From an uncultured Acidimicrobiaceae bacterium (GTDB taxonomy: Bacteria > Actinomycetota > Acidimicrobiia > Spongiisociales > ZC4RG35), in the NCBI GenBank assembly GCA_964617995.1, contig CAZTXD010000003.1:18470-70564 (forward strand): 52,095 nucleotides of DNA, read 5' to 3'. Below, piece by piece: positions 1-8,341 of the stretch. Each line of letters begins with the position of its first letter. Within the stretch, counting starts at the first letter, position 1. The translations under genes and the position numbers were made by a program. Below the pieces are notes generated by a model that was not told the DNA's origin, did not search any database, and saw only the letters and a list, made by a program, of their open reading frames with translations.

Positions 1-440
1 GCCACTCGATGTCGGCCTCGAACGTGCTCCCGTCGTCGTCACGGAAATCGGTCGTCGGCCCCGTCGCCGGCAGGTCGGGGAGGGCCCGATGCAGGAACGC
101 CGCCATCTGGCCGCGGGTCACCACCACGTCCGGGCAGAAACGGTCGTTGGCGGGGGGATTGCATCCCCGCGTCACCCCCGTCGCCGCCAGCCACTCGATG
201 TCGGCCTCGAACGTGCTCCCGTCGTCGTCACGGAAATCGGTCGTGGGCCCCGTCGCCGGCAGGTCGGGGAGGGCCCGATGGATGAAGGCCGCCATCTGAC
301 CCCGGGTGACGGGGTCGTTGGGACAGAAGAGCGAGTTGGCCGGGGGGTTGCAACCGCGGGTTATGCCTGCCGCCGCCAGCCACTCGATCTCGGTCTCGAA
401 GGTATGGCCCGAGGTATCGGTGAAGGATCCGCCCCCCGAG
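1..440 (-). repeat. In-frame 189-nt (63-codon) tandem repeats encoding the SLH-like modules
   Basis: Positions 1-92 and 189-280 are identical except for one base (C at 56 vs G at 244), while the rest of each unit has diverged. A third, more diverged unit starts near 377 (gccagccactcgatctcgg). Confidence 0.85.
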
Positions 441-1570
441 CCGGCACCGACAGAGACCGTATAGGCCCCGTTGGAGGCGCTCGCCACCGAGACCGACCGA
501 CCGGCTACCGTCTTGGAGCTGCCGGGCCTGATGACGTGTGCGGGGGTAGAGCCGGCCTGGAAGGGCACTTTCCCCAGCGGAGTGATGATCCGGAAGCCCA
601 TCTGGAAGTCCGGGTCGAACAGGCAGTAGTAGGGGTCGACCTCCGGGCACGGAGTCACCTCATAGACCTCGACCCCCTGCCACGAGGTGGGTATGGGGTC
701 GTAGGTGGAACTGGTCCGGGCACCCAGGGTGTAGTAGCGGGAACCTGCGGGAATCACCGCCATCTGCAGTCCCGAGCCGGGTGAAGGGTTGAGGGTGAAG
801 CTGGCGCTGCTGCTTCCCAGCACTCTCACCTGGTTGGTGGCGATCCACCCGGCCGCGTAGCGATTGATGACGGCCGCGTCGTAGGGCTGGGGGTGGGTGC
901 CGCCGTGTGTTCCCAGGTTCCCCGACATGAGATCCATGGCGTTGTCGTAGTCGCTGCCACTCACCCCGGTGGTCGAGTGGGGCCAGGTGACGGTGTGGCC
1001 CATCTCGTGAGCCGCCACCATGGAGAAGGCGAAGGGATAACCCACGAACGCCCACCGTCCGTTGTCCGGGAACGAGGGCCCGTTGTTGCCGGGAGTTGCC
1101 AGACCCCCCGACCACGGGCCGGCGAAGAGGACACCGTTGGCGTTGCCGCTGGCGTTGGCGGCGGCGGTGTCGTAGCACTTCTGCTCGCCTCCCGTTGCGG
1201 CCGACTTGGCCACGAAGTCCAGCTGGTAGGCGCCTCCCGAATGAGCGGTGAAATACGTCACGACCTCGCTGTCCAGTTGTGCCACGATCGTGTTCACCGA
1301 CACATCCAGGTCGCAGGTCCACACGTCGATGACGTCCTTGCCCAGGCTGTGCGCTCGCAGAAAGTCGATGCCGGGCAGCAGCCCCAGGGGGTCGTCCGCC
1401 TGCAGGGACAGGCCCTCGAGAGCGGATGGGTCGGGAGGCAGATACCCTCGCTCCCAGGCCTCTTCCCAGTCGATTGCCGGCGCTGGGCTCTGGGTCTGTC
1501 CCGCCGCCGGGATGAGTGGCACAACCAGCAGCACGGCCGCCAGCGACAGTCTCAGCGCGTATTGCTTCAC
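1..1570 (-). CDS. Secreted zinc metalloprotease (HExxH) with C-terminal SLH-like repeats; the 3' end runs off the left edge
   Basis: Absent from the ORF track because no stop is reached. My translation of the minus strand from GTG at 1570 (SD GGAGGAG 5 nt upstream) stays open to position 1. The N-terminus MKQYALRLSLAAVLLVVPLIPAAG looks like a signal peptide. AAHEMGHT is encoded around 995-1018. The C-terminal part carries repeated F.D..G.TFE.(D/E)IEWLAA.G(I/V)TRGCNPPAN..FCP...VTRGQMAAF(I/L)HRAL modules. Confidence 0.8.
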   Translation of the reverse strand, partial: MKQYALRLSLAAVLLVVPLIPAAGQTQSPAPAIDWEEAWERGYLPPDPSALEGLSLQADDPLGLLPGIDFLRAHSLGKDVIDVWTCDLDVSVNTIVAQLDSEVVTYFTAHSGGAYQLDFVAKSAATGGEQKCYDTAAANASGNANGVLFAGPWSGGLATPGNNGPSFPDNGRWAFVGYPFAFSMVAAHEMGHTVTWPHSTTGVSGSDYDNAMDLMSGNLGTHGGTHPQPYDAAVINRYAAGWIATNQVRVLGSSSASFTLNPSPGSGLQMAVIPAGSRYYTLGARTSSTYDPIPTSWQGVEVYEVTPCPEVDPYYCLFDPDFQMGFRIITPLGKVPFQAGSTPAHVIRPGSSKTVAGRSVSVASASNGAYTVSVGAGSGGGSFTDTSGHTFETEIEWLAAAGITRGCNPPANSLFCPNDPVTRGQMAAFIHRALPDLPATGPTTDFRDDDGSTFEADIEWLAATGVTRGCNPPANDRFCPDVVVTRGQMAAFLHRALPDLPATGPTTDFRDDDGSTFEADIEW

Positions 1571-1711
1571 GCTCTCTCCTCCGCCTACGTGGTAGGCCAG
1601 CCCCTCCTGAGAGAACACCCGACCGCCACTCCGATCTAGAACCCGGCGAGTCTATCGCCGCGGTCCGGTCTCGGGGTGGGTCTTCCGACCCGTTGCAGCC
1701 ATACTGCGGCC

Positions 1712-2212
1712 ATGGGTGCGGATATATATGACTTCATCCTCGGACTGAGGGCAATTCGCTCGTTCCGCGACGAAGAGCTGGCCGACGACGATCTGGCGGC
1801 GATCCTGGAGGCAGCCCGCTGGACCGGCAGCTCCAAGAATCGCCAGAGCTGGTCCTTCGTGGTGGTGACCGGCGACGATGAGCTGGGCGCTCTGGCCGCC
1901 TGCGGCGACTTCACCGACCCCGTACGCGACTCGGCCGCCACCATCGTGATCGTCCAGGAACCCGAGGGCTACGAGTTCGACTCGGGCCGCGCCGCCCAGA
2001 ACATCATGCTCGCCGCCAAGGCGCTCGGGGTAGCGTCGTGTCCCATAACCCTCCATCGTGACGGCGATGCCCGAGCCCTCCTCGGCGTTCCCGCCGATCG
2101 ACGGACGCGCTACGCCGTCGCTCTCGGCTACCCGACCGACGACGCCTCCCCGCGCCGGTTCGGCGGGCGGAGGCCCCTCGAGTCCCTGGTGCACCGGGGA
2201 CGATACGGATGA
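1712..2212 (+). CDS. Nitroreductase family protein
   Basis: MGADIYDFILGLRAIRSFRDEELADDDLAAILEAARWTGSSKNRQSW..AAQNIMLAAKALG is the typical nitroreductase N-terminal and core pattern. The start is placed at the internal ATG 1712 rather than the track start at 1676. Confidence 0.8.
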   Translation: MGADIYDFILGLRAIRSFRDEELADDDLAAILEAARWTGSSKNRQSWSFVVVTGDDELGALAACGDFTDPVRDSAATIVIVQEPEGYEFDSGRAAQNIMLAAKALGVASCPITLHRDGDARALLGVPADRRTRYAVALGYPTDDASPRRFGGRRPLESLVHRGRYG

Positions 2213-2655
2213 CCCCACCGTCACCTCTCACCTGGCAGGAGGTGGCCGACGCCGCGGAGACGATCTCATGGATCACCTATGTCGCCACCGTCGGCAAGGA
2301 CGGCCGCCCGCACGTCGCCGTGGTCGCCCCCGGGCTGGCCGAGGAAGGGCGGGTGTGGTTCGCCACCCGCCGCCACACCCAGAAGCATCGCAACCTCGTC
2401 GGCAACGGGGAGGTGTCGTTCCACTGGCCGGTGACGACCGGTGCCGGTCCCGGTGAGCTGTTCGGTCGGGGAGTGGCACGGCTCCACGACAGCGAGGCCG
2501 CCCGACGCAGACACTGGAACCGGGTCGTCCCCTACGACATGAGCAACTTCTGGGGTTCACCCGACAACCCCGACCTGATCCTGGTAGAGGCGGTGATGAC
2601 CAGGGTCTCGCTGACGGGGCCCGAGTTCGTCCGCCGGGTATGGACGCTCGGGTGA
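2209..2655 (+). CDS. Pyridoxamine 5'-phosphate oxidase (PPOX)-like, possibly F420/FMN-binding, small protein
   Basis: ATGA overlap with the upstream gene. WITYVATVGKDGRPHVAVV...VWFATRRHTQKHRNLVGNGEVSF resembles the PPOX split-barrel family. Confidence 0.65.
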   Translation: MTPPSPLTWQEVADAAETISWITYVATVGKDGRPHVAVVAPGLAEEGRVWFATRRHTQKHRNLVGNGEVSFHWPVTTGAGPGELFGRGVARLHDSEAARRRHWNRVVPYDMSNFWGSPDNPDLILVEAVMTRVSLTGPEFVRRVWTLG

Positions 2656-2671
2656 CCGACACCGGGAGGGC

Positions 2672-2702
2672 TTGACTTCAAGTCGACTTGAGGTCGTAAT
2701 CT
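2672..2702 (+). promoter_or_regulatory. Sigma-A-type promoter with a 14-bp perfect palindrome (candidate operator) in its spacer; probably a leaderless or near-leaderless transcript
   Basis: TTGACT lies at 2672-2677. CGTAAT (2695-2700, 17-nt spacing) or TAATCT (2697-2702) can serve as the -10. TCAAGTCGACTTGA at 2678-2691 is its own reverse complement. The ATG at 2712 has no SD upstream. Confidence 0.5.
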
Positions 2703-2711
2703 CTCGTCGTC

Positions 2712-3689
2712 ATGTCGGAAACAGCTCGAAACATGTCCCATCAGGCGAGTACCGTTCCCCGGATGCTCGACCCTCTCGTACAAGCACGCGGGCTGACCAA
2801 ACGGTTCGGGGAGTTCGTGGCCGTGAACGGAGTCGACTTCCAGATCACGTCGGGTGAGGCCTTCGGCTTCCTCGGCCCCAACGGCGCCGGCAAGACCTCG
2901 ACGATGAAGATGATCACCACCGTCAGCCCCATCTCCGACGGCGAGATGACCGTGTTCGGCCTCGACCCCGCCACCGACGGTCCGTCCATCCGGAGCCGCC
3001 TCGGGGTCGTTCCCCAGGAGAACAACCTCGATGAGGAGCTCACCGTGGCCGAGAACCTGTACATCTACGGCCGCTACCACGACGTTCCCAAGGCGACGAT
3101 CCGGGCGCGCATCGACGAGTTGCTGTCGTTCGCGCAGCTCGAGGAGAAGCGCACCGCCAAGGTGGAGGCTCTGTCGGGCGGCATGAAGCGGCGGCTGATC
3201 ATCGCCCGAGCGCTGATCAACAGCCCCGACCTGGTCATCCTCGACGAGCCCACCACCGGCCTCGACCCCCAGGCTCGCCACATCCTCTGGGACCGCCTCT
3301 ATCGGCTCAAGCGGGAGGGCGCCACCCTCATCATCACGACCCATTACATGGACGAGGCCGAGCAGCTCTGCGACCGCCTGGTGGTGATGGATCAGGGCAA
3401 CATCGTCGCCGAGGGGTCGCCCTCGGAGCTGATCTCCCGGTACTCCACCAGGGAGGTGGTGGAGTTGCGGTTCGCTCCCGGCGAGATCGACGGGGAGGTC
3501 GAGCGCCTCGACGGCCTGGCCAAGCGCATGGAAGCCCTCGCCGACCGGGTGCTGCTCTACACCGACGACGCCGACACTCTCATCGACGGCATCCACGATC
3601 GGGACGTGCAGTTCGACCAGCGGCTCACCCGCCGCTCCACCCTCGAGGACGTTTTCTTGCATCTGACGGGACGAAGGCTGATCGACTGA
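2712..3689 (+). CDS. ABC transporter ATP-binding protein (DrrA/NodI-like, ABC-2 exporter type)
   Basis: Walker A GPNGAGKTS, signature LSGGMKRRL, Walker B LVILDEPTTGLD and H-loop TTHYMDEAE are all present. Confidence 0.92.
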   Translation: MSETARNMSHQASTVPRMLDPLVQARGLTKRFGEFVAVNGVDFQITSGEAFGFLGPNGAGKTSTMKMITTVSPISDGEMTVFGLDPATDGPSIRSRLGVVPQENNLDEELTVAENLYIYGRYHDVPKATIRARIDELLSFAQLEEKRTAKVEALSGGMKRRLIIARALINSPDLVILDEPTTGLDPQARHILWDRLYRLKREGATLIITTHYMDEAEQLCDRLVVMDQGNIVAEGSPSELISRYSTREVVELRFAPGEIDGEVERLDGLAKRMEALADRVLLYTDDADTLIDGIHDRDVQFDQRLTRRSTLEDVFLHLTGRRLID

Positions 3690-4483
3690 TGGCTGCGGTC
3701 ACCAACGCCCTCCACGTCCAGGAGTCCTTCTACATCGGCTACCGGCGGACGTGGAGAGGGCGAATCATCTCCACGTTCCTCAACCCGGTGCTGTTCCTGG
3801 CGGGGATGGGTTTCGCGCTGGGCAGCATGGTCGACCGGGGAGCGGGTGAGGCCGAGCTGCCGATCCCCTTCCTGACATTCGTCGCCACCGGCCTGCTGGC
3901 AGCCACGTCCATGCAGACGGGCTTCGGCGAGGGAGCCTGGCCGGTGATGGCCGGCATCAAGTGGCGCAAGACATTCGACGCCGTCCTCACCACTCCGGTG
4001 ACCGTGGCCGACCTCATCAACGGCATGCTCGTGTGGGGGGCGATCCATCTCACCTTCACGATCGGGGTCTACGCCGCCGTGGCGGTGGTGGTGGGGGCCA
4101 TCGAGCCGATCCCGGCTCTCGTCGCCCTCGTCCCGGCCGTGCTCGGCGGACTCGCCTTCCAGGCCACGGCTACCGCCATCACGTCACGAATCGAGGACGA
4201 GACCGGTCTCACCACCATGTTCCGCTTCGGGATCATCCCCATGTTCCTCTTCTCCGGCACGTTCTTCCCGATCTCCCAGCTCCCCGACTTCCTCGAGCCG
4301 GTCGCCATCGCCACGCCGCTGTTCCATGCCGTCGAGCTGGTGCGGAAGCTGGCGTTGCCCGAGGTGGGGGCACCGGTGGTGTCGTCGATCCCCCTGTGGG
4401 TCCACGTCGCCTATCTGCTGGCGATGACGGCGATTGCCTGGGTCCTGGCGATCCGTTTCCTGCGTGAGAGGCTCCAGAAGTGA
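3689..4483 (+). CDS. ABC-2 type transporter permease
   Basis: The start overlaps the upstream stop (TGATG). The protein is multi-pass and hydrophobic, about 264 aa, in the position expected of a DrrB/NodJ-like partner. Confidence 0.85.
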   Translation: MAAVTNALHVQESFYIGYRRTWRGRIISTFLNPVLFLAGMGFALGSMVDRGAGEAELPIPFLTFVATGLLAATSMQTGFGEGAWPVMAGIKWRKTFDAVLTTPVTVADLINGMLVWGAIHLTFTIGVYAAVAVVVGAIEPIPALVALVPAVLGGLAFQATATAITSRIEDETGLTTMFRFGIIPMFLFSGTFFPISQLPDFLEPVAIATPLFHAVELVRKLALPEVGAPVVSSIPLWVHVAYLLAMTAIAWVLAIRFLRERLQK

Positions 4484-5280
4484 CCACCGTGACCACGGCG
4501 CGACCGGCCGTCCGGCCCGGGTGGCGGGCCCACCGCCTGCTGGAACGCAACCTCCTCGTCTACCGCCGGCTCTGGAAGGTCATCTTCAGCGGCTTCTTCG
4601 AACCCGTCTTCTACCTCTTCTCGATCGGGATAGGGCTGGGGGCCCTCGTCGGCGAGGTCACCGGGCCCGGAGGGGCGTCGGTCTCCTACACCGAGTTCGT
4701 GGCGCCCGCCCTCCTGGCGGCATCGGCGATGAACGGGGCGGTGCTCGAGTCGACGATGAACGTGTTCTTCAAGCTCAAGTTCGGCAAGGTCTACGACGGC
4801 ATGGTCACCACACCCCTCCAGGCGATGGACATCGCCGTCGGTGAGATCACGTGGTGTCTCATCCGCGGCCTCATCTATGCCGCGGGGTTCGTGGTGGTGG
4901 CACTGATCATGGGTCTCACCACGGGCTGGCTGTGGCCGCTGGCGCTGGTGTCCGCCGTGGTGATCGGGTTCGCCTTCGCCGCCTGCGGGCTGGCCGCCAC
5001 GACCTTCATGAAGAGCTGGCAGGACTTCGACCTGGTCCAGCTCGTGACTCTGCCCCTGTTCCTGTTCTCGGCGACGTTCTACCCGCTCGACGTCTACCCC
5101 CCGTTCCTCCAGGCGGTCACCCGACTCTCCCCGCTCTACCACGGCGTCGAGTTGATACGGGGCTTCATGCTCGGGATCCTCGACTGGTCGATGGTCGGCC
5201 ATGCTGCCTTCCTGTTGGCGATGGGCTCGATCGGCCTGGCCATAACCCGTCGCCGCCTGGAAAAGCTCCTCCTCACCTGA
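4480..5280 (+). CDS. ABC-2 type transporter permease (second paralog)
   Basis: GTGA overlap with the upstream gene. Its 266-aa hydrophobic profile parallels the preceding permease. Confidence 0.85.
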   Translation: MTTVTTARPAVRPGWRAHRLLERNLLVYRRLWKVIFSGFFEPVFYLFSIGIGLGALVGEVTGPGGASVSYTEFVAPALLAASAMNGAVLESTMNVFFKLKFGKVYDGMVTTPLQAMDIAVGEITWCLIRGLIYAAGFVVVALIMGLTTGWLWPLALVSAVVIGFAFAACGLAATTFMKSWQDFDLVQLVTLPLFLFSATFYPLDVYPPFLQAVTRLSPLYHGVELIRGFMLGILDWSMVGHAAFLLAMGSIGLAITRRRLEKLLLT

Positions 5281-5338
5281 CCCCGTTTTCGCGCATCGAA
5301 TGCGCGCTATGGCGCGCATTCGATGCGCGAAAACGGGG
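5281..5338. repeat. REP-like nested palindrome, copy A
   Basis: CCCCGTTTTCGCGCATCGAATGCGCGC-TATG-GCGCGCATTCGATGCGCGAAAACGGGG starts directly after the permease stop codon. Each arm also contains its own sub-palindrome, GCGCAT-CGA-ATGCGC. Confidence 0.9.
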
Positions 5339-5358
5339 AGGGGCGTACCCTCGGCGGC

Positions 5359-7014
5359 ATGATCGACCTCACGTTTCCACTCCGGGCACCCCGGGGCGCC
5401 GACCTCAACACGCCCGGGTGGCTGCAGGAAGCTGCCCTGCGTTGCCTTCTCAACAACCTCGACCCCGAGGTGGCCGAGGACCCCGAAGGGCTGGTCGTCT
5501 ACGGCGGGCGGGGAAAGGCCGCCCGCTCGGTGGAGGCCCTCACGGCCATCGTCCGCACCCTCGAGCGCCTGCCCGGCGATCACACCATGCTCGTCCAGTC
5601 GGGCAAGCCGGTGGGAGTTTTCCGCACCCACGACATGGCCCCACGGGTGCTCATCGCCAATTCGCTGCTGGTTCCCCGCTGGGCCACCCTCGATCACTTC
5701 TGGGAACTGGAGGAGGCCGGACTGATGATGTACGGCCAGATGACGGCCGGTTCTTGGATCTACATAGGTACCCAGGGGATCCTCCAGGGCACCTACCAGA
5801 CCTTCGCCGCCATCGCCGAGAAGAGTTTCGGCGGTTCGCTCGCCGGCACCCTCACCCTCACCGCCGGTCTGGGCGGCATGGGCGGCGCCCAGCCACTGGC
5901 CGTGACCATGAACGGAGGGGCGGTCGTATGTGTGGAGGTTGATCCCGAGCGGATCAGCCGCCGTCTCGAGACCGGATACCTCGACGAGGAAGCCGACGAC
6001 ATCGAAGACGCCATCGAGCGCGGTCTCGCGGCGCGAGCGGAGCGCAAGGCCTTGTCCATCGGTCTGGTGGGCAACGCCGCCGAGGTCTTCCCCGAGCTTC
6101 TGCGCCGCGGCATCGACTTCAACATCGTCACCGATCAGACCTCGGCCCACGATCCCCTCTTCGGGTATGTGCCCGTCGGCCACGACCCCCGTTCCGCCGC
6201 CGAGCTGCGAACCTCGGATCCCGACACCTACATCAAGGCGGCCCGTGAGTCGATGGCGACGCATTGCCAGGCGATGGTGGGCTTCAGCCGCGCCGGCAGC
6301 GAGGTGTTCGACTACGGCAACAACCTGAGGGGGGAAGCGCAGACGGCGGGCTTCGCCGATGCCTTCGCCTACCCGGGGTTCGTGCCCGCCTACATCCGTG
6401 ACCTCTTCTGCGAGGGGATGGGGCCGTTCCGGTGGGTGGCCCTGTCGGGGGATCCGGCCGACATCGACGCAACCGACCGAGCTCTCCTCGACCTCTTCGG
6501 CGACAACGAGCCCCTGCGACGCTGGCTCACGATGGCCGGCGACCGCGTTCGGTTCCAGGGGCTGCCCGCTCGAATCTGCTGGCTGGGATACAAGGAAAGG
6601 CATCTCGCCGGCCTCGCCTTCAACGAACTGGTGCGCTCCGGCGTGGTGTCGGCGCCCATCGTGATCGGCCGCGATCACCTCGACTCCGGCTCTGTGGCCT
6701 CGCCCTACCGGGAGACGGAAGCCATGGTCGACGGCTCCGACGCCGTGGCCGACTGGCCGATACTCAACGCTCTCCTCAACACAGCCTCGGGGGCAGCGTG
6801 GGTGGCGGTACACCACGGGGGAGGCGTGGGCATAGGCAACTCGATCCACGCCGGCGCCCAGGTGGTGGCCGACGGCACCGACCAGGCGGACCTGCGTCTG
6901 GAACTGGTGCTCACCAACGACCCCGGCACCGGTGTCATGCGCCACGCCGACGCCGGCTACGACATCGCCCGGCGCGTCGCCACCGAACGCGGTCTGGACA
7001 TCCCCCTCCAATGA
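5359..7014 (+). CDS. hutU: Urocanate hydratase
   Basis: [56 protein letters not shown] and [12 protein letters not shown] are characteristic of urocanase. The track start at 5323 lies inside the palindrome, so the start is moved to ATG 5359. Confidence 0.93.
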   Translation: MIDLTFPLRAPRGADLNTPGWLQEAALRCLLNNLDPEVAEDPEGLVVYGGRGKAARSVEALTAIVRTLERLPGDHTMLVQSGKPVGVFRTHDMAPRVLIANSLLVPRWATLDHFWELEEAGLMMYGQMTAGSWIYIGTQGILQGTYQTFAAIAEKSFGGSLAGTLTLTAGLGGMGGAQPLAVTMNGGAVVCVEVDPERISRRLETGYLDEEADDIEDAIERGLAARAERKALSIGLVGNAAEVFPELLRRGIDFNIVTDQTSAHDPLFGYVPVGHDPRSAAELRTSDPDTYIKAARESMATHCQAMVGFSRAGSEVFDYGNNLRGEAQTAGFADAFAYPGFVPAYIRDLFCEGMGPFRWVALSGDPADIDATDRALLDLFGDNEPLRRWLTMAGDRVRFQGLPARICWLGYKERHLAGLAFNELVRSGVVSAPIVIGRDHLDSGSVASPYRETEAMVDGSDAVADWPILNALLNTASGAAWVAVHHGGGVGIGNSIHAGAQVVADGTDQADLRLELVLTNDPGTGVMRHADAGYDIARRVATERGLDIPLQ

Positions 7015-7019
7015 CCCTC

Positions 7020-7077
7020 CTCCGTTTTCGCGCATCGAATGCGCGCTATGGCGCGCATTTGATGCGCGAAAACGGAG
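7020..7077. repeat. REP-like nested palindrome, copy B
   Basis: CTCCGTTTTCGCGCATCGAATGCGCGCTATGGCGCGCATTTGATGCGCGAAAACGGAG has one arm mismatch (C to T) relative to copy A. It begins 6 nt after the hutU stop and ends 8 nt before the hutF GTG. Confidence 0.9.
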
Positions 7078-7084
7078 AGGGGGG

Positions 7085-8305
7085 GTGGCGTTGAAGCGGT
7101 GGCATCTGCCGGTGGCGTGGACGGGGAGGTCCTTCGAGTCGGATGTGGTGGTGGAGACCGAGAAGGGCCGGATAGCCTCGATCACCACGGGCGCTGCGGC
7201 CGCCGCCGACACCGAATCCCTGCCGGGGCTGGCGTTCCCCGGGTTCGCCAACACCCACTCGCATGTGTTCCATCGTGTGCTCCGTGGCCATGTCGCCCCC
7301 CGGAAGGGCGACTTCTGGTCGTGGAGAGACGCCATGTACGACGTCGCATCCGGCCTCGATCCCGACTCCTACCGGGCCGTCGCCGTCGCCACCTTTCGGG
7401 AGATGCTGGCCGCGGGGTACACCTCGGTGACGGAGTTTCACTATCTCCACCATCAGCCCGACGGCACCCCCTATTCGGAACCCAACATCATGGCAGACGC
7501 CTTGTGCGACGCGGCGGCGGAAGCCGGGATCCGTCTGACGCTCCTCGACACCTGCTACCTGTCGTCGGGCTTCGGCCGTCCCCCGGAAGGCCCCCAAAGA
7601 CGTTTCAGCGACGGAACCGTCGACCGGTGGCTGGACAGGGTTTCCCGGTGGACTCCCCCCGCCGGGGTGGAAGCCGGAGCGGCCATCCACTCGGTGCGCG
7701 CCGTCGATCCCGAGCAGATGGCGGTGGTGGCCGAATGGGCTCTCGGCCGGCCCCTCCACGTCCACGTGTCGGAGCAGCCCGCCGAGAACCGCGACTGCGT
7801 GGCTCACTATGGGCGGACCCCCACCGAGCTGCTGGCCGACAGCGGCATACTCGGCCCCACCGTCACCGTCGTTCATGTCACTCATGCCGCACCCACCGAT
7901 ATTCGGCTCCTCGCCGCCGAGGGGACCGTTGCCTCCATCTGCCCGACCACCGAACGATGGCTCGCCGACGGGATCGGGCCGACCGCGGCGATGGAGGACG
8001 CAGGGATCGAGCTCGGGATCGGCAGCGACTCGCAGGCGGTGATCGATCCTTTCGAGGAGATGCGTCTCCTCGAGCTGCATCAGCGCCTGGCCACCGGGAC
8101 GACGGGGAGCCACGACGTGGCCTCCCTGCTCCGGGCCGGCACCGCCGGCTCGAGCCTGGAGGTGGGGGACCGCTTCGATGTGGTCGTCGTCGGCAGGGAG
8201 ACGCCACGCACTGCCGGGGTTCCCGACGAGGGGGTGATCTTCGCCGCCACCGCCGCCGACATCATCGCCGTCGTCGTGGAGGGACGAAGGGTCGCCTCGG
8301 CCTGA
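7085..8305 (+). CDS. hutF: Formimidoylglutamate deiminase
   Basis: GFANTHSHVFHRVLRG...DFWSWRDAMY...EMLAAGYTSVTEFHYLHH...RRFSDGT matches my recollection of HutF-type amidohydrolases. A GTG start at 7085 follows GGAGAGGGGGG. The upstream part of the track ORF only reads through the palindrome. Confidence 0.85.
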   Translation: MALKRWHLPVAWTGRSFESDVVVETEKGRIASITTGAAAAADTESLPGLAFPGFANTHSHVFHRVLRGHVAPRKGDFWSWRDAMYDVASGLDPDSYRAVAVATFREMLAAGYTSVTEFHYLHHQPDGTPYSEPNIMADALCDAAAEAGIRLTLLDTCYLSSGFGRPPEGPQRRFSDGTVDRWLDRVSRWTPPAGVEAGAAIHSVRAVDPEQMAVVAEWALGRPLHVHVSEQPAENRDCVAHYGRTPTELLADSGILGPTVTVVHVTHAAPTDIRLLAAEGTVASICPTTERWLADGIGPTAAMEDAGIELGIGSDSQAVIDPFEEMRLLELHQRLATGTTGSHDVASLLRAGTAGSSLEVGDRFDVVVVGRETPRTAGVPDEGVIFAATAADIIAVVVEGRRVASA

Positions 8306-8341
8306 CTGGCCCGGCAGGTCGACGCTACGTACCCTCAGCCC

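Noticed and set aside
1-440. The 189-nt direct repeats as a CRISPR-like or satellite array.
   Set aside because: The repeats are in frame inside an open reading frame and encode SLH-like protein modules. There is no spacer/repeat alternation.
5323-5358. ATG 5323 as the hutU start, and ATG 6932 as the hutF start, as given in the ORF track.
   Set aside because: Both extensions simply translate the palindrome ([17 protein letters not shown]). Family similarity begins at MIDLTF (5359) for hutU and near GTG 7085 for hutF.
5281-7077. hutU as cargo of a composite mobile element bounded by the two palindromes.
   Set aside because: No transposase or integrase is present, and I could see no target-site duplication. 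The elements are self-complementary rather than terminal inverted repeats of a larger unit. hutF continues the same pathway immediately downstream.
4411-7335. Very long antisense ORFs. Examples are the 974-aa ORF here, plus 7046-8998(-), 19882-21474(-), 31447-33012(-), 48048-49709(-) and 15517-16908(+).
   Set aside because: Each lies opposite or out of frame with a gene that has clear family motifs. Their products are Arg/Gly/Pro/His-rich with no domain signatures. Open antisense frames are expected in GC-rich DNA because stop codons are AT-rich.
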